Source of the DNA: Sminthopsis crassicaudata
Taxonomy: Eukaryota
Direction: 5' to 3'
Assembly (NCBI RefSeq): GCF_048593235.1
Contig: NC_133617.1
Span: 74,980,937-75,044,936, forward strand
DNA: 64,000 nucleotides
This document shows, one piece after another, positions 1 to 13,019 of the stretch. Within the stretch, counting starts at the first letter, position 1, and each line of letters opens with the position of its first letter. The notes below the pieces were generated by a model, which was given only the letters and a program-made list of their open reading frames with translations, did no database searches and was not told the origin of the DNA. The position numbers and the translations under genes were made by a program.

Positions 1-215
1 ACTACCTGCTATGTGCTAGACGCTATACTAAACACTTTATGAATATTATCACATTTAGTCCTTATAACAACCCTATGAAATAAGAAGAATATAATTGAGG
101 AGACTGAGGCACACAGAATAAGTGACTTGTCCTGGTTATACAGTTATTATGTATCTGAAGCTGCATTTGAACTCAGGTCTTCCTGAGTTCATGCTTAGCA
201 TTCTTTCTACTATGT
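1..215 (-). mobile_element. CORE-SINE (MIR/Mar1-type) fragment
   Basis: Antisense core motif gagactgaggc...aagtgacttgtcc...atttgaactcaggtcttcctga; boundaries approximate. Confidence 0.7.
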
Positions 216-389
216 TACTACCTAGTTGCCAAACACAGGAGGGAGAGGGGAGAAAAAGATATTTGCTTATTTCAAAGGGTTTCCTTCCTAATAGTAAACA
301 ACAAACTCCTACATTGATCATTTTGTCTCTTCTCCCCCAAAAAAGGCCCATTTTGCATTCTGAGCCTTAACCCCTTTATTGGGAAGTAG

Positions 390-1060
390 GTAGCATATTT
401 CATCACAAAACCTCCAGAATTTTAATTGTTTATTGTATTAATAAGAGTTTGTAAATTTTTCAAAGTTGTGTGTCTCTTCAATAACCTTGATACTGTATAA
501 ATTGTCCTGCTTCTATTCATTTCATTTTATATCAGTTCATACACATCTTCCCAAATTTCTCTGTCATCTTCATCATTTCTTTTTTTTTTCCCCTGAGGCT
601 GGGGTTAAGTGACTTGTCCAGGGTCACACAGCTAGGAAGTGTTAAGTGTCTGAGATCAAATTTGAACTCAGGTCCTCCTGAATTCAAGGCTGGTGCTCTA
701 TCCACTGCGCCACCTAGCTGCCCCTTCTTTATCATTTCTTACAGCACAATACTGTCTCATCACATAACAGGTTCAACTATTTCCCTATTGAAGAGTATCC
801 CCTCAGCTTCCAATTCTTTGACACTGCAAAAAGAGCTGCTATTTTTGTACATGAGGCCTTTTTCCCTTTTTTTTTAATCTTTTTGGCATAAATATTAGTA
901 TTTAGTAATCAGTGGGTATGTACACTTTAATAACTTGGGGATCATAGTTCCATATTGTTTTCCAGAATGATTAAATCATTTCACAATTCTGCCAGCAATA
1001 CATTAGTGTACCTATTTCCCCATTTTTTTCTGGTAATTTTTTTATGTTCACATGAGTCTG
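390..1060 (-). mobile_element. LINE-1 3' fragment, interrupted by WSINE1
   Basis: Antisense L1 3' text (catagttccatattgttttccagaatg...cacaattctgccagcaatacattagtgtacc). Confidence 0.65.
580..724 (-). mobile_element. WSINE1 (young marsupial tRNA-derived SINE)
   Basis: Poly-T followed by ccctgaggctggggttaagtgac...ccacctagctgcccc; flanked by near-perfect TSD tcttcatcatttct / tctttatcatttct. Confidence 0.85.
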
Positions 1061-3547
1061 TCCCACCCTCTTTCCTAAGTAAATTATTCTGCTGTCTCCT
1101 AACTCATATTGTTCTTCAAAACTTTTATAACATCTTTAGTCTCTGTCCCTCATATGCAGTATCTATGCCAAATATTGATTAATCCTTCTGTACATTAACA
1201 TTTCCATTCAGAGCAATTGATATATGAAATTAGATATTATTGGGCTTAATTCAGATTCCAACTCAAGTAATAAAACATAACAATGATTATAAAATAATAA
1301 TAAAATTTATTTTAAAAGTCAAGATGAAAAATAAACACTGGAAATATTGCTATTATGAAAGTCTTGGGCAGTATGGATGTGGGGATAAAAAAAAGAGGGG
1401 GAAAATGTTAATCCCAGATAAACTTCCATAACATAACTTTGACCCACGTGTATAAGGTAGATTTTTAATATAGAGCCCAAATTCAGAGCAATTCTGCACT
1501 TAGAAGGGAAGTTATGGAATGGCTCCTACTTATGCCCCCAGAGAGAGGACAATTAGAGCACAGCCCTTAACTAAGAAGTATCCTTTTCTCATTCATGATT
1601 CTGATTTTTTCATCTTTATGCCACAAAGGACACCTGGTAACATGCAAGTGGGGTTGACTGAAAATATTTATGAGAAATAATGTTCAATCCAACTAATGTA
1701 TTTTGATAAAATAGATTTAAGAAAAACACAAAAGGAAGTAAAACTGGACAGGATAGGGCCCACCCTGCCACCTTGTTTCTCTCAGATAAGAACCTGATAT
1801 GCAGTCACACAATTTGTTCATACATGATCATATCTCATGGTTTTAAAGAAGGGAATTACAGATGTGGTAGACACTAGCCACATCTAGTGTTACTATGACA
1901 CAGAGATATTATAGGACAACTAATACTTCTCCTTGTTTTCCTTGGAATTCTCATATTCTGGCCATTGTTCTGTGTGCAAACCCTCCACACCAGCCTCCCT
2001 GCTCATGGGCTGATCTTGTTTTGTTTTTTGTTTTTTTCCTCTTCTCACATTGGGAAGAGCTACAGAGGCTTTTGTGGCCAACCAACCCCTTTCCAGATAT
2101 TCTTGCACAAATATCTGAAATGCTTGAATGTGGAAGAGAGATTAGACTTGTTCTATTTTGCTTCAGAAAAGAGAAACAGGAACAATAAGTGATTTAGGCT
2201 TGATTTTTGGGAAAAACTTCTGAACAATTAGAGGTTCCCTCTTTGTAGTTAGAATGGGTTTCCTCATAAGGTGTTGAGTTTCTATTCACTCAAGTTCATC
2301 CAGAAGAGCTTGGATGAGTATTTGGCAGGAATATTGTAGTTCAGGATTCTTTATGATTTGTACTAGATGGCCACTGAGATTCATTCCAATTCTTAAAATT
2401 CTGTGATTCTTTTCAACAAAGTGAACTTCTTCTGAAATTAGGATTAAGAAATGATAGAAATGAAACGTCATCTGTGGCCAGCTTTCCTAAGGATTCTGGC
2501 CTCATACAGGCCAAATGCATCTCTGAGGGCATCACTCCAAAAGTATCACCAGCTCTTTGATTTCTTATGCTACTACCCCAGAATAAAATTTTATGAAAAT
2601 CTCTATAACCAAGTTTCAGTATGATCTTATCATATATAGAATAACATGTTGCCAATTCCTTCACAGGCACTAAATGTACCAAAAAAAAAAAAAAAAACCC
2701 ACAGGAAATGGCATATGGAACAGCCTTTATTCTACTCACTGATGAAAATGCACAAAAGCAAAGAATATACAGGAATCCATGAACAAATGTAGAAATATAA
2801 AAGATTCAAATTAGCTCATTAGCCTGTTTTAGAAACACCACCCTCTCCAATAACCAGAAAAAAAGAAACTGCTGAATAAATATTTTCCTGTCACCTTAGA
2901 CATATTAAATGACTCGTTACAATCTCATAAATGATTGGCAGGGTCCAGATCTCCAATTCCATGTCCTGATTTTGGTATTCTGCCACAGAATGATCTCTTC
3001 TTCCTCTGATAAATGGTGTCTTAAGGAAATCTTCCTTTGGGTAGATAGTTCTAGGCCTCAAATCCATAAGCTCTCCAACTTCAGAACTTAAATTCAATAT
3101 TACCCATGAGGTAACCCATAACCCTTAAGACTGGAAATATCCTGTGCTCAGAAAAAGAACAGAAGAGTAGAAAGCACCCAGAAATTGGAGGTCCAGGAAT
3201 GTCCATCTCAGGCTCACCCAGGCAAGCCAGTCTGGTTGCCATGTGCTTTCTTTGCAAGCCATCCATTTCTGCTACTTTAAAGGGTGAGAGTCAACATCTA
3301 TTCTTACTTGATGCACTCTGGTCTACAAATACAAGGCGGGGGGGGGAAATCACATAAAAACAAAAATAGCTCAAAGGGATGAGCATTTTCACAACTTGGT
3401 GTTGTAGATCAGAATGGGGGCACTTACTTTAACCAGAGTCTGTTTTTCCTGATTCTCAATAATCAGAGCAATTCTTTATCCTCTCAGCAAAGGATTATAG
3501 TACTGGTCTACTTTCATAAGTCATTCCCCTTCAAAAAAAAGTCTACA

Positions 3548-3666
3548 GGGGCAGCTAGGTGGTGCAGTGAAGAGCACCAGCCCTGAAGTCAAGAAGACCT
3601 GAGTTCAAATTTGACTTCAGACATTTAACATTTTCCTAGCTGTGTGACCTGGGTGAGTCACTTAAT
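3548..3666 (+). mobile_element. WSINE1-type SINE, truncated by assembly gap
   Basis: ggggcagctaggtggtgcagtg...gagttcaaat...gtcacttaat, running into Ns. Confidence 0.8.
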
Positions 3667-3945
3667 NNNNNNNNNNNNNNNNNNNNNNNNNNNNNNNNNN
3701 NNNNNNNNNNNNNNNNNNNNNNNNNNNNNNNNNNNNNNNNNNNNNNNNNNNNNNNNNNNNNNNNNNNNNNNNNNNNNNNNNNNNNNNNNNNNNNNNNNNN
3801 NNNNNNNNNNNNNNNNNNNNNNNNNNNNNNNNNNNNNNNNNNNNNNNNNNNNNNNNNNNNNNNNNNNNNNNNNNNNNNNNNNNNNNNNNNNNNNNNNNNN
3901 NNNNNNNNNNNNNNNNNNNNNNNNNNNNNNNNNNNNNNNNNNNNA
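3667..3945. other. Assembly gap (N run)
   Basis: 279 Ns. Confidence 1.
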
Positions 3946-4514
3946 AAATCCACACTCAATAATCTCATGAAGCTAATTGAAGGACCCATCAGATGGATCA
4001 GGGCTTCTCCTAAACAAGCATGAATACTTTTTTATTTTAGAGAAAAGAAAAATAGGATTGAACAAGGTGGGGCCTGGAAGCAGGGACATTAATTAGGATC
4101 ATTAAAAACTTTCTGAATTGAATTGAAATTATAACTATTCAGACAAGTAACAATATGAGATACCAAAGTATTCTATGAAATGATGTTTCTTATTGCTTCA
4201 GCCATATGATAAAAAAGTTCTATTAGTTCTTTTATTTGCTTCTCCAAGGAGAACCTGTTCCTATGAGTTCAGTTTCTCTACAATTTCCTATATGTTTTAG
4301 GTTTATTTATATTGAGAATTTAAATATTGATGTAATTCATGTCATATGGCTCACTGGTCATTTGGATAAAAATTTCATATTTAGAGTACTATCAGGAAAT
4401 TTAACATATATAATCTAAAAACTGGGAATATAGTGGTATTGAAATGAATTTTTGTTTCAAGGAAAAACTTGTGGTCATTGAAAGCTATATGCAAATGCAG
4501 CCCAAGCCAATCTT

Positions 4515-4745
4515 TTGTTGTTGTTCAGTCACTTCTGACTCTTTATAACCTTATTTGGAATTGTCTGGGCAATTTTTTTTTTTTTTTTTTTTGCCATTTC
4601 CTTCTCCAACTCATTTTACAGATGAAGAAAATGAGGCCATCAAATTAATTTTTTTGCCCAGGTTCATATAGCTAGACCAGATTTGAACTCATGAAGATGA
4701 GTCTTCCTGATTCCAAGCACAGTGCTCTATCCACTGTAACACCTC
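4515..4745 (-). mobile_element. Mar1-type SINE
   Basis: ttgttgttgttcagtc...ttgccatttccttctccaactcattttacagatga...agtcttcctgattcc. Confidence 0.75.
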
Positions 4746-5039
4746 AGTTCCCAGGATAGTTTTAGATCAGGGTTTATTCAGGACACATGACAAATTAATA
4801 ATCTAGTAGGTTGCTGTTATAATCTAGGAAATACAAAATCTCTTATCTACTACTCTAATCTACTAGATTATTGGACCAATTTCTTTTAAATGCCAATGGA
4901 TCTCTTTGGAATGGCTATATAGCATTCTGGGGCATGATACATTTAGTGTGATATCATTTATAAAGTGAAGTATTTTGTGTAAGAAAAAACACCATATCTT
5001 GTGTTTTATGTCTTTCAGTGAAATGTCTTTATTAATGTG

Positions 5040-5290
5040 CGAGCATTTTGCTTGCATAATTATAACTAGATTTATATAGCACTTAAAGGTTTGCAAAGTG
5101 CTTTACAAGTATTATCTCATTTGATCCCCACAACACTATTGGGAGGTAATTGCTATTATTATCCTTATTTTACAAATGAGAAAATTTAAGGCAGTCAGAA
5201 GGTGAAGTGACTTGGTATGGTCACCAAATTGGTAAGTATTTGGAGGAAAACTTTGGTCTTCTTTAGTGTTCTATTCACCACTTAGGTGTC
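5040..5290 (-). mobile_element. MIR-type SINE
   Basis: tttatatagcacttaaaggtttgcaaagtgctttaca...ttttacaaatgagaaa...aagtgacttg. Confidence 0.7.
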
Positions 5291-5764
5291 TAGCTTGGAA
5301 AAAAATATCTGCCTAGAGATTCATCTGTCCCAGACAACTTATAATTTACATTTTATTGTTATAAGGAAAGAAAAGATGAAGTAATTTCTAAAAGAAGGAA
5401 AATTCTTTATTAATGTAAATACAGAAGTATGTTATTTTCAAGTTGTTTCAGTTGAATTATTTACCTAATGTAGCAATGACAATATTAATGTTAGCACACA
5501 TATCTTTGCATTTCCCAGAAACCTAAAGATTATAGTTTTGTCAGAAATAAACAAAAGGATTGGCTCCTCTTTTGATTTCATTTTTTCAATTTGGTTAATA
5601 ATAACGAAAAGTCTATTTCTTCCATTGATCTAATCATGGTTCTTCTTTGAGATTCAGGACACTATTTTAATTAGGTTCTTGGTTCAGGAAATAAAAGAAT
5701 ATTAAGACTATGAGGCAAAGGACATTGCTACACATTGATTCTTTTTTCCCTTTTTTATTGTTTT

Positions 5765-6450
5765 CTTTTTTTCTAGTTATATATGTATGTTAATTTTTTT
5801 AAATACCCATTTCTTCATGAATCATTGTAATGTTCTCTTCGCTAAAATGTAATGTTCTCTGTGAGCAGGTTCCTTGGAGGGCTTCTGGGAACAGCCTTTG
5901 TTTCAGCTCAGTGTAATAACCCCAAATGCAGCCAGCTGTTAAAGTCCAAATCCTTTATTGTCTCTTTCAAAGTCTTGTCTGTTTTCCTGGGGTCCTTAGC
6001 TTTAATAGAGGCCTATCTCTCTCCTTGGTTCCAAGAGCTCCCTCCAAATGTCTCTGAATCCAAAAGTTTATCCTTCAGCCTCCAGCCAGCTTCAGCGTCT
6101 CATCCTCCAAATGTCTCCAGCCGGCACAAAGCTGTGGAATGAATCTGACTCCACCTCCAAGAGTAGGCTTGGGGGTCTTCCTGACTTGTGAATCTCCCAA
6201 AGTCCATCCTACTTGAAGCTTATAATATGCTCTCTAAGGGTGTGAATGTGTGAGCTAATGTGTGAACTCCTTTAAAAGTGTGAACTAAGTACATAAGCAT
6301 CAGCACCTTATTTCAAGTTCTGGCCCATAACAAATCATGTTGAGAGAAAAATCAGAACAAAAGAGAAAAACTATGAGAGAGGAAAAAAACAAAAGAAAAA
6401 AATCAACATAACGTATGTTGATTTACGTTCAGGCTCCATAGTTCTCTTTT
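5765..6450 (-). mobile_element. LINE-1 3' UTR fragment split by the solo LTR at 5826-6332
   Basis: Removing the LTR and one TSD restores catttcttcatgaatcatgttgagagaaaaatcagaac..., the antisense of a marsupial L1 3' end. Confidence 0.7.
5826..6332 (-). mobile_element. Solo LTR, class II (beta-like) ERV, 507 bp
   Basis: TG...CA ends, perfect 6-bp TSD AATCAT (5820-5825 / 6333-6338), minus-strand AATAAA near 5955, minus-strand start TGTTATGGGCCAG. Confidence 0.9.
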
Positions 6451-6619
6451 ACATTGATCCCTAATATTTATAATAATAACTGTATTCATATAGTGCTCTC
6501 ATATTTTAAAAATTCTTTACATATGTTATTTCATTGGATACTTACAGCAATCTTGGGAAATGGTTATTATTATTTATCCCTGTTTTATAGACAAGAAAGC
6601 TGAAGCTAAGGGAGGTTTT

Positions 6620-6850
6620 TGTTGTACAATCATATCTGACTCTTTGTGACCCTATTCACGATTTCTTGACAAAGATACTACAATGTTTTGTCATTTCCTT
6701 TTTTAGCTCATTTTACAGATGAGGAAACTGAAGAAAACAGTGACTTGCCTAGGGTTACACAGCTAATAAGTGTCTGAGACTAGATTTGAACTGTGGTTTC
6801 CTGACTCCAAGCCTATTCAGGAGTATTTGCTGTGTCACCTAGCTGTCTAT
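6620..6850 (-). mobile_element. Mar1-type SINE
   Basis: ctgactctttgtgaccc...agctcattttacagatgaggaaactgaag...tttgaactg. Confidence 0.75.
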
Positions 6851-7584
6851 CACACAACTATTAAGTGTGTGAGGCAGGATTTGAATTCAGGCCTTCTTGA
6901 CTACAGGTTCAACCCATGATTACATCATCTAGCTACCTTTTTATAACTTAACCAAGACATTAGCACTATGGATTAATCATACTATTTCAAGGAAATCTTT
7001 CCATTTGGACATTGTGCAAGACCGCCTTCATGGTATTGATGACATTGAGCAGATGTCACTTTTCTCATTGTTAGAGGGAATTGGTAGAAATTATTTTCCC
7101 TGATCATTTCTATCTTTATTACATAGATACTGGCTCAAAGTATTATCTTTTGAGGTTACTACTTCTCTGACCTTGGATGATAGAGAGAAAACACTTTTCT
7201 TGAAGATAATGAGAATAGCTCATAAGGGTTTAGTCTAGGGCAGAAGGCACAGTTCTGCAAAGCTAGAAAGGACATTGCTTTCACTGCTGAAAATAGAGGT
7301 TATAATTAAAATTTACAATACTCTTTGATCTCCCTAACAATCTGTTGCTTGATAGACTGAGAATACTCTCCCAGCCAGTAATCAAATATCAAAAATGCAA
7401 CTTTCCCACACCTCCTTAAATGATGTCCAGTTCCCAGATTCTCTTTAGCAAAAAACAAACAGCAGAAGAGTTGACTAAATTCACCATTATTCTTTCAAGT
7501 TTTGGGTAATCATAATTCATTCCCTTTTGGTTTCTCTTAATAAGTGAAATTATGAGCCAAGAAAAGGAAAAGACTCTAGCTACT

Positions 7585-7812
7585 AGGCTATCTTAGTGGA
7601 ATCAGGAAGACTCATCTTTGTGAGTTCAGATTCTGCTTCAGAACTTATTAGCTGTATGACTCTGGGCAAGTCAATTAACCTCTCTTTACCTCAGGTCCTT
7701 ATATGTACAATGAGTTGTCGAGGGAAAGGGCAACCCACTTCAATAAATTTGTTTAGAAAACCCTAAATGAGGTCACAAAGAGTCAAACATGATGGAATAA
7801 CAACAACAACAT
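7585..7812 (+). mobile_element. Mar1-type SINE
   Basis: tggaatcaggaagactcatctttgtgagttc...ggtcacaaagagtcaaacatga...caacaacaac tail. Confidence 0.75.
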
Positions 7813-8279
7813 AGACAATGAAGTAAAAAAAAAAATTAAGCCTATGTGACATGCACCTGTAATACTTAATAATCTACAAGACTTTGATCCCTTTATTTCC
7901 TTAATAACAATCCATATTTTTACTATGACTATATATGCACACTTTCACACTGAAATTATTAAATATGTATTGACTTAATTTGGAGACTTTAGTTCTTTCT
8001 AGAATTTTTTTTTTTTTTTTTTGCTTATGTTTAGCTGGTATGTTGAAATACAAGATGACAAAGCATTTTTATAAAATGATGTTACTTATTGCCTTTGGGT
8101 AGATAAGAAAACCAACTTTTCCAGTTGTCCAAAGACAACATCTGAACAACATTTCTATGTGAAACAACATTCTTTGTTCTTCATCTGTAGCAAAAATGCC
8201 AATATTCATGTGGTTCAATTCTCTCAGTAGTGTCAGTGAGTTGGAAATGGAGTTCACGTTGTTAGTATCAAGACTAAAT

Positions 8280-8441
8280 GTTTGTTTTTTCTGTTTTGTT
8301 TTTTGTTGAGGCAATTGGGGTTAAGAGATTTGTCCAGGGTCACACAGCTAGGAAGTGTTAAGTGTCTGAGGTTAGATATTAACCTCAGATGTCAGGTTTT
8401 CCTGACTTCAGAGCTGGTGCTCTTCACCACCTAGCTGCCCC
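8280..8441 (-). mobile_element. WSINE1 with short internal insertion
   Basis: gaggcaattggggttaag...ccacctagctgcccc; imperfect TSD agactaaatgttt / agagtaaatgttt. Confidence 0.8.
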
Positions 8442-8780
8442 AAGAGTAAATGTTTTTAAAGGATCTAAATGTCATATTATTCTTAGTTCTTTTTGCCCTC
8501 TTTTTTGCCTCTTTGCTCCCATTACTGTATAAGCTGAAAGGAACAGGACATATGTACTAGAGTTCAGTGTGTAATTTTCTCTACCATGTGGGCTACCATG
8601 ACCAAGGAATTTATCAGCTTACAACACATCCTATACTTTTAGAATGAATTCTCAGCAGTCTATCAATGCGACTATCCTCAAAATCTTTTCTACTTGGTAG
8701 AACCTGTCAAGGCTTATGATCTACTACCATCACCTTAAAGGGCCCAGGATTACTTCCACATCACAATAAATGTCGGAGTG

Positions 8781-9276
8781 TGTTAGGTTCTTACTAGGTG
8801 CTGTCAGTACTTAACAATTCTCTAGCTCAGAGTTCACACTTTTAAAAGGAGTTCTGAAAAGGAGTTTACACATCTTTAAAAGGAGCTAGTCCATTGGCTG
8901 TAGGAGTTCCCACAAGCCCATTTTATGGGAGGATAAAAGGAGGCAACATTGAGCCTGGAGAGCAGTCTGGATTGGGTCAAGGACAAGACTTCCCAGGAGA
9001 AATTCAGGGAAGCTGGAGGAGATTTAGAGCCAGGATTAAGGAAGAAGAGGATTCACGATTCTACCTTCGCTCTGGTTGGAGGCTCTAGAAGCGTCCTAAG
9101 AAACCTGCTCACAGAGAAAATAATTTATAGAAAAGAAACCACCTCCCAGAGAAGGATTACAATTGAGAGACAACAGAACATTTACATTTTGGCTCCCAAT
9201 GTGGGGAAAGGACTTTTATTTATCCTGATTCTGGCTGGCTCTGAACTCTTCAGAATGAGCCAGCCTGGACTTAACA
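8781..9276 (+). mobile_element. Solo-LTR-like element, class II ERV, 496 bp, sense to IQANK1
   Basis: TGTTAGG...TTAACA with perfect 6-bp TSD GGAGTG (8775-8780 / 9277-9282); shares agttcacacttttaaaaggagt and aacctgctcacagaga with the LTR at 5826; internal tRNA-Lys-like PBS at 9190-9207. Confidence 0.88.
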
Positions 9277-9532
9277 GGAGTGTTTCTGGAGTGCTAACAT
9301 AAACATAGTGATGATGCACACATTAATGACTGTGATGTTTTATGGCAGGGTAGAAAGAACCAGGATGTAGAATTTTCATTCTGGATCATACATACTAGCT
9401 TTGGCAAATTGCTTTGTTTCTTTGAATCTGTCTATCAAGGAATGGAGATAAAAATATTTGGGCTTGCAGAATACCTAACACAGGCATGTATATGTGTAAA
9501 CTTGATATCCTTTACCTATTCTTCACATGTAG

Positions 9533-9718
<186 letters not shown>

Positions 9719-9836
9719 TGATAAATGAGAGGCCCTGAGGTGAGTCTCAGGGAGGCAAATGAAGGCTGGAGTTAATGCATAAAGGTGGAGAGGTAGCGGA
9801 AACTTTCACCCTCACTTCTGTTTTCCATTCCTACAG

Positions 9837-9891
9837 AATGGCTGCCAATGTGCAGGAACTACAGAAGGAGCAGGAACGATGTCAAAAGGAG
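9837..9891 (+). CDS. IQANK1: IQANK1 exon (MAANVQELQKEQERCQKE)
   Basis: Polypyrimidine tract ending ctacag, donor gttaat; phase 2 to 0 keeps the frame. Confidence 0.85.
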
Positions 9892-10294
9892 GTTAATATG
9901 AACAGGCCCCAACTCTGTGGGCCCTCAAAACCATGCCCCCCAAACAAACTAGGAGCCCAAGTCCCCCTTAAGTTCCCAAACCCACTAAGTTCAAATTGAA
10001 AGGGTCCTGGAGGATATCTAATCCAATCCTTTGTCACAAATCCCCTCAGCAGCATCTTCAAGCGTCCACCCTCATCTTTAAGACTTCTTGAGAGGGTGAA
10101 TCTGCTACTTCCTGAAGTAATCATTGAACTTTTGAACAATTCTAATTGCTAGGAATTTTTTTTTCATATAACAAGTCTACATTAACCTGTCTACAACTTC
10201 CGTTATCCTTAATTGTGCCTTCCTAAGGTCAAAAAGCACCTCTTCTACATAACAGTCCTTCAGTTAGATGAAAGCAAATAATGTCTCTCCTGGC

Positions 10295-10510
10295 CAGGGA
10301 GGTGGTACAATGGATAGAGCACCCTACCCAGCATCAGAAAGGTTTGATCTGATTCAGATGTGATCTCAGATACTTACTGACTGTGATCCTGAGCAAGTCA
10401 CTTAATCCTGTTTGCCTTAATTTTCTCATCTGTAATATCAGCTAGAGATGGAAATGGCAAACCACACCTGTATCTTGGCCAAGAAAACCCCAAATTGGGG
10501 TGAGAGTCAG
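10295..10510 (+). mobile_element. Mar1-type SINE
   Basis: ggtggtacaatggatagagc...ggaaatggcaaaccac...ttggccaagaaaaccccaaa. Confidence 0.75.
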
Positions 10511-10799
10511 ACCCTCCTTCAGATTAAATATCCTCCATTAATTGAACCAGTAAGACCTGGTCTCCAGTCACCACCCTTTTCTGGATGATTGCCAGTCAGT
10601 CAGTGTGGTATTTGTCACAGTTAATCAAAAGATGTATTCTGGCCACAGAGAGCAGAGCAAGACTTTTCCTCTAATCTGTATGCCAGGCATCTCAATAGAG
10701 CTTGGGCAGGAGAACATTAGCATAGAGAAGGCCATGTCTACTGTTCACTTCTATTGGTCACAAAGTCCACAAAGCTCTTCATCCATGTCTCTTTCACAG

Positions 10800-11346
10800 G
10801 AGCAATGATATAGTCATTACTACTTTACTCTGTACCTGTAGCATGGTCTTTTTAAACCCAAATGTAGAAAATTACATTTGTCCCTGTTACATTTTATCTT
10901 ATTTTATTCAGCCCTTTATTCTAACCTGTTGAGACTTTTATGAATTCTGATTTTATTGCTAGCTGTATTAGCGATTCCTCTCACTTCTTTGTCATCTGAA
11001 AATTTGATAAGTAGACCTTTCCTGGCTTCAAGGAATTGATAAAAACATTGAATATCACAAGACTAGGAGTAGACATTTCAGACCACCTTTCAAGCTGGTA
11101 TAAGTTCTTTAATAGGCATTCTTTAAGTCTGGTCATTCAGCTAATTCAGAATCCCCTTCACCTCAAGGAGTCCACATTTCTTCATTTTATCCACAAAGAT
11201 AACATGAAATAATACATTGAATGCTTTCTTAAATATGTTATGTCTGTAATATTTCTCTTACCTACCAGTCTAGATACTCTGTCAGAAAAAGAAATGAGGC
11301 TTGGTCTGGTACAACCTGTTCTTGTTGAACCTGTTGTTATTCTGAT

Positions 11347-11395
<49 letters not shown>

Positions 11396-11880
11396 TGTTT
11401 CTTTCCTTTCTAATGTTCTTGGACCATTCCTTTGGTAATGTCTTCCAGAATTTTGCCATTGTCCTATAATTTGCAGACTTTACCCTCTTCTGTTATGTGA
11501 AAATTGAGGCAATTTTACAGTTTTCCAATTCTGTAGTAATCATTACCATTTTCCAAGATCTTTCAGAGATCATGCCCACTACAGCTACAGTCACATCTGC
11601 CAGTTTGTTTGTTTTTCAATATCATGGGACAAAGTCCAAGCATTGGCTTGAACTATTCCCCACTATTCTTTTGTTTTGGTCTTTTCAAACTGAGGCTTAT
11701 TTTTCTTGGAAGAGAAAACAAAAGCAAATAAATAGTTGTTTTCTCACTCTTATCCATCTGTCATTCACAGCACAGCATAGCAGTCCTTCCCAGTTTTTAA
11801 TCTTCCTCGTGGTCACAAAATAGCTAAAAAACCTGTTTTATTGTCCATATTCCTTCCCAACTTATTCTGTGCTTCATCCC
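10800..11880 (-). mobile_element. CR1/L3 LINE fragment (RT region, antisense)
   Basis: gtcatctgaaaatttgataag..., ggtctggtacaacctgttcttg..., ctttaccctcttc...aaaattgagg are antisense CR1 RT motifs; boundaries approximate. Confidence 0.65.
11347..11394. repeat. (TG)n microsatellite
   Basis: About 24 TG units with one CG interruption. Confidence 0.95.
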
Positions 11881-12304
11881 TTTGGTTCTTCTTATAGGAT
11901 AGTACTACCCTTTTGTATTCATCCTCAAGTTATCTACTCTTTCTTTCTTTTTTTTGCCCCTGTCTCTTTAGAATTTGAATTAGTTGCTTTGGTCTTTGTA
12001 TAGTCATATTTATCTCTAGTTCTCCTCAGAATCATTCATTTACTCTTGTGTTTTCCCTCCAAAGTGAGCCCCTCAAAGCTATGTGCCCCATTCCATGATC
12101 CTCAAGAATCCAGCTTTCCTCCAAAAATCAGATCTTCACAACCCATCTCATTTGAGACAATGAGTCCTAAGTATCTCCACTGCTATGTCTCCCTGATACT
12201 TGGTCCCCAAAACTCAGATTTCCTGAACCTAGGCTCCCCAAATTCAGAGTCCTCAAATCCAGATCTCCATCAGGAGCTTCCCACAGAGAGCAGGCCAAGA
12301 CTGA

Positions 12305-12526
<222 letters not shown>

Positions 12527-13019
12527 TAGGCATGAATAACATAAGAGGGAGGACCATCACAGGAAGCATAACTGGAAGGGAAAAGGGCTGTCATGGAACT
12601 GGGAGAGTCACTCAGAAGAATCATGGGTAAAGAATTGAAAAAAACTTTGGAAGTCATCTCATTCTAGTTCCTTATTTTACAGAGAAGCTCAGAACCAAAA
12701 ATAAAGCCCAGGGCCTTTGACTCCAAATCCCAGGATTGGAAAATTAAAAGGGACCTCAGTAGCCATCTAGGGCAACTCATACATGAAAGGGATGCCCTTT
12801 ATAAAATGTTTGACCAGTGAAAAATTCACCCCTTTTCTAGGAGACCCATCCCACTTTGGGACAGTGCTGCCTCTTAGGAAGTTCTTAACATCACGCAATG
12901 CTCTGAATCTGGGTAGCTCTAATTTTGAAGAACTTTTTTTTCCCCCAGTAGATCTGAATCAAGGGTCTGAACATGGTTTTGTAACCATCTCTTTTCCCTT
13001 AACTGAATAGGCTTGTAAT

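Noticed and set aside
532-877. ORFs 532-735, 614-877 and similar ones at 34067-34346 and 42064-42449
   Set aside because: Translations of WSINE1 on either strand; the same peptides recur wherever the SINE occurs.
3636-3989. ORF-track entries spanning N runs (also 40574-41095)
   Set aside because: They are open only because of the Ns.
1-9532. Upstream IQANK1 exons (ankyrin repeats, ADPR...TPE segment)
   Set aside because: No matching exon seen; they presumably lie upstream of the window.
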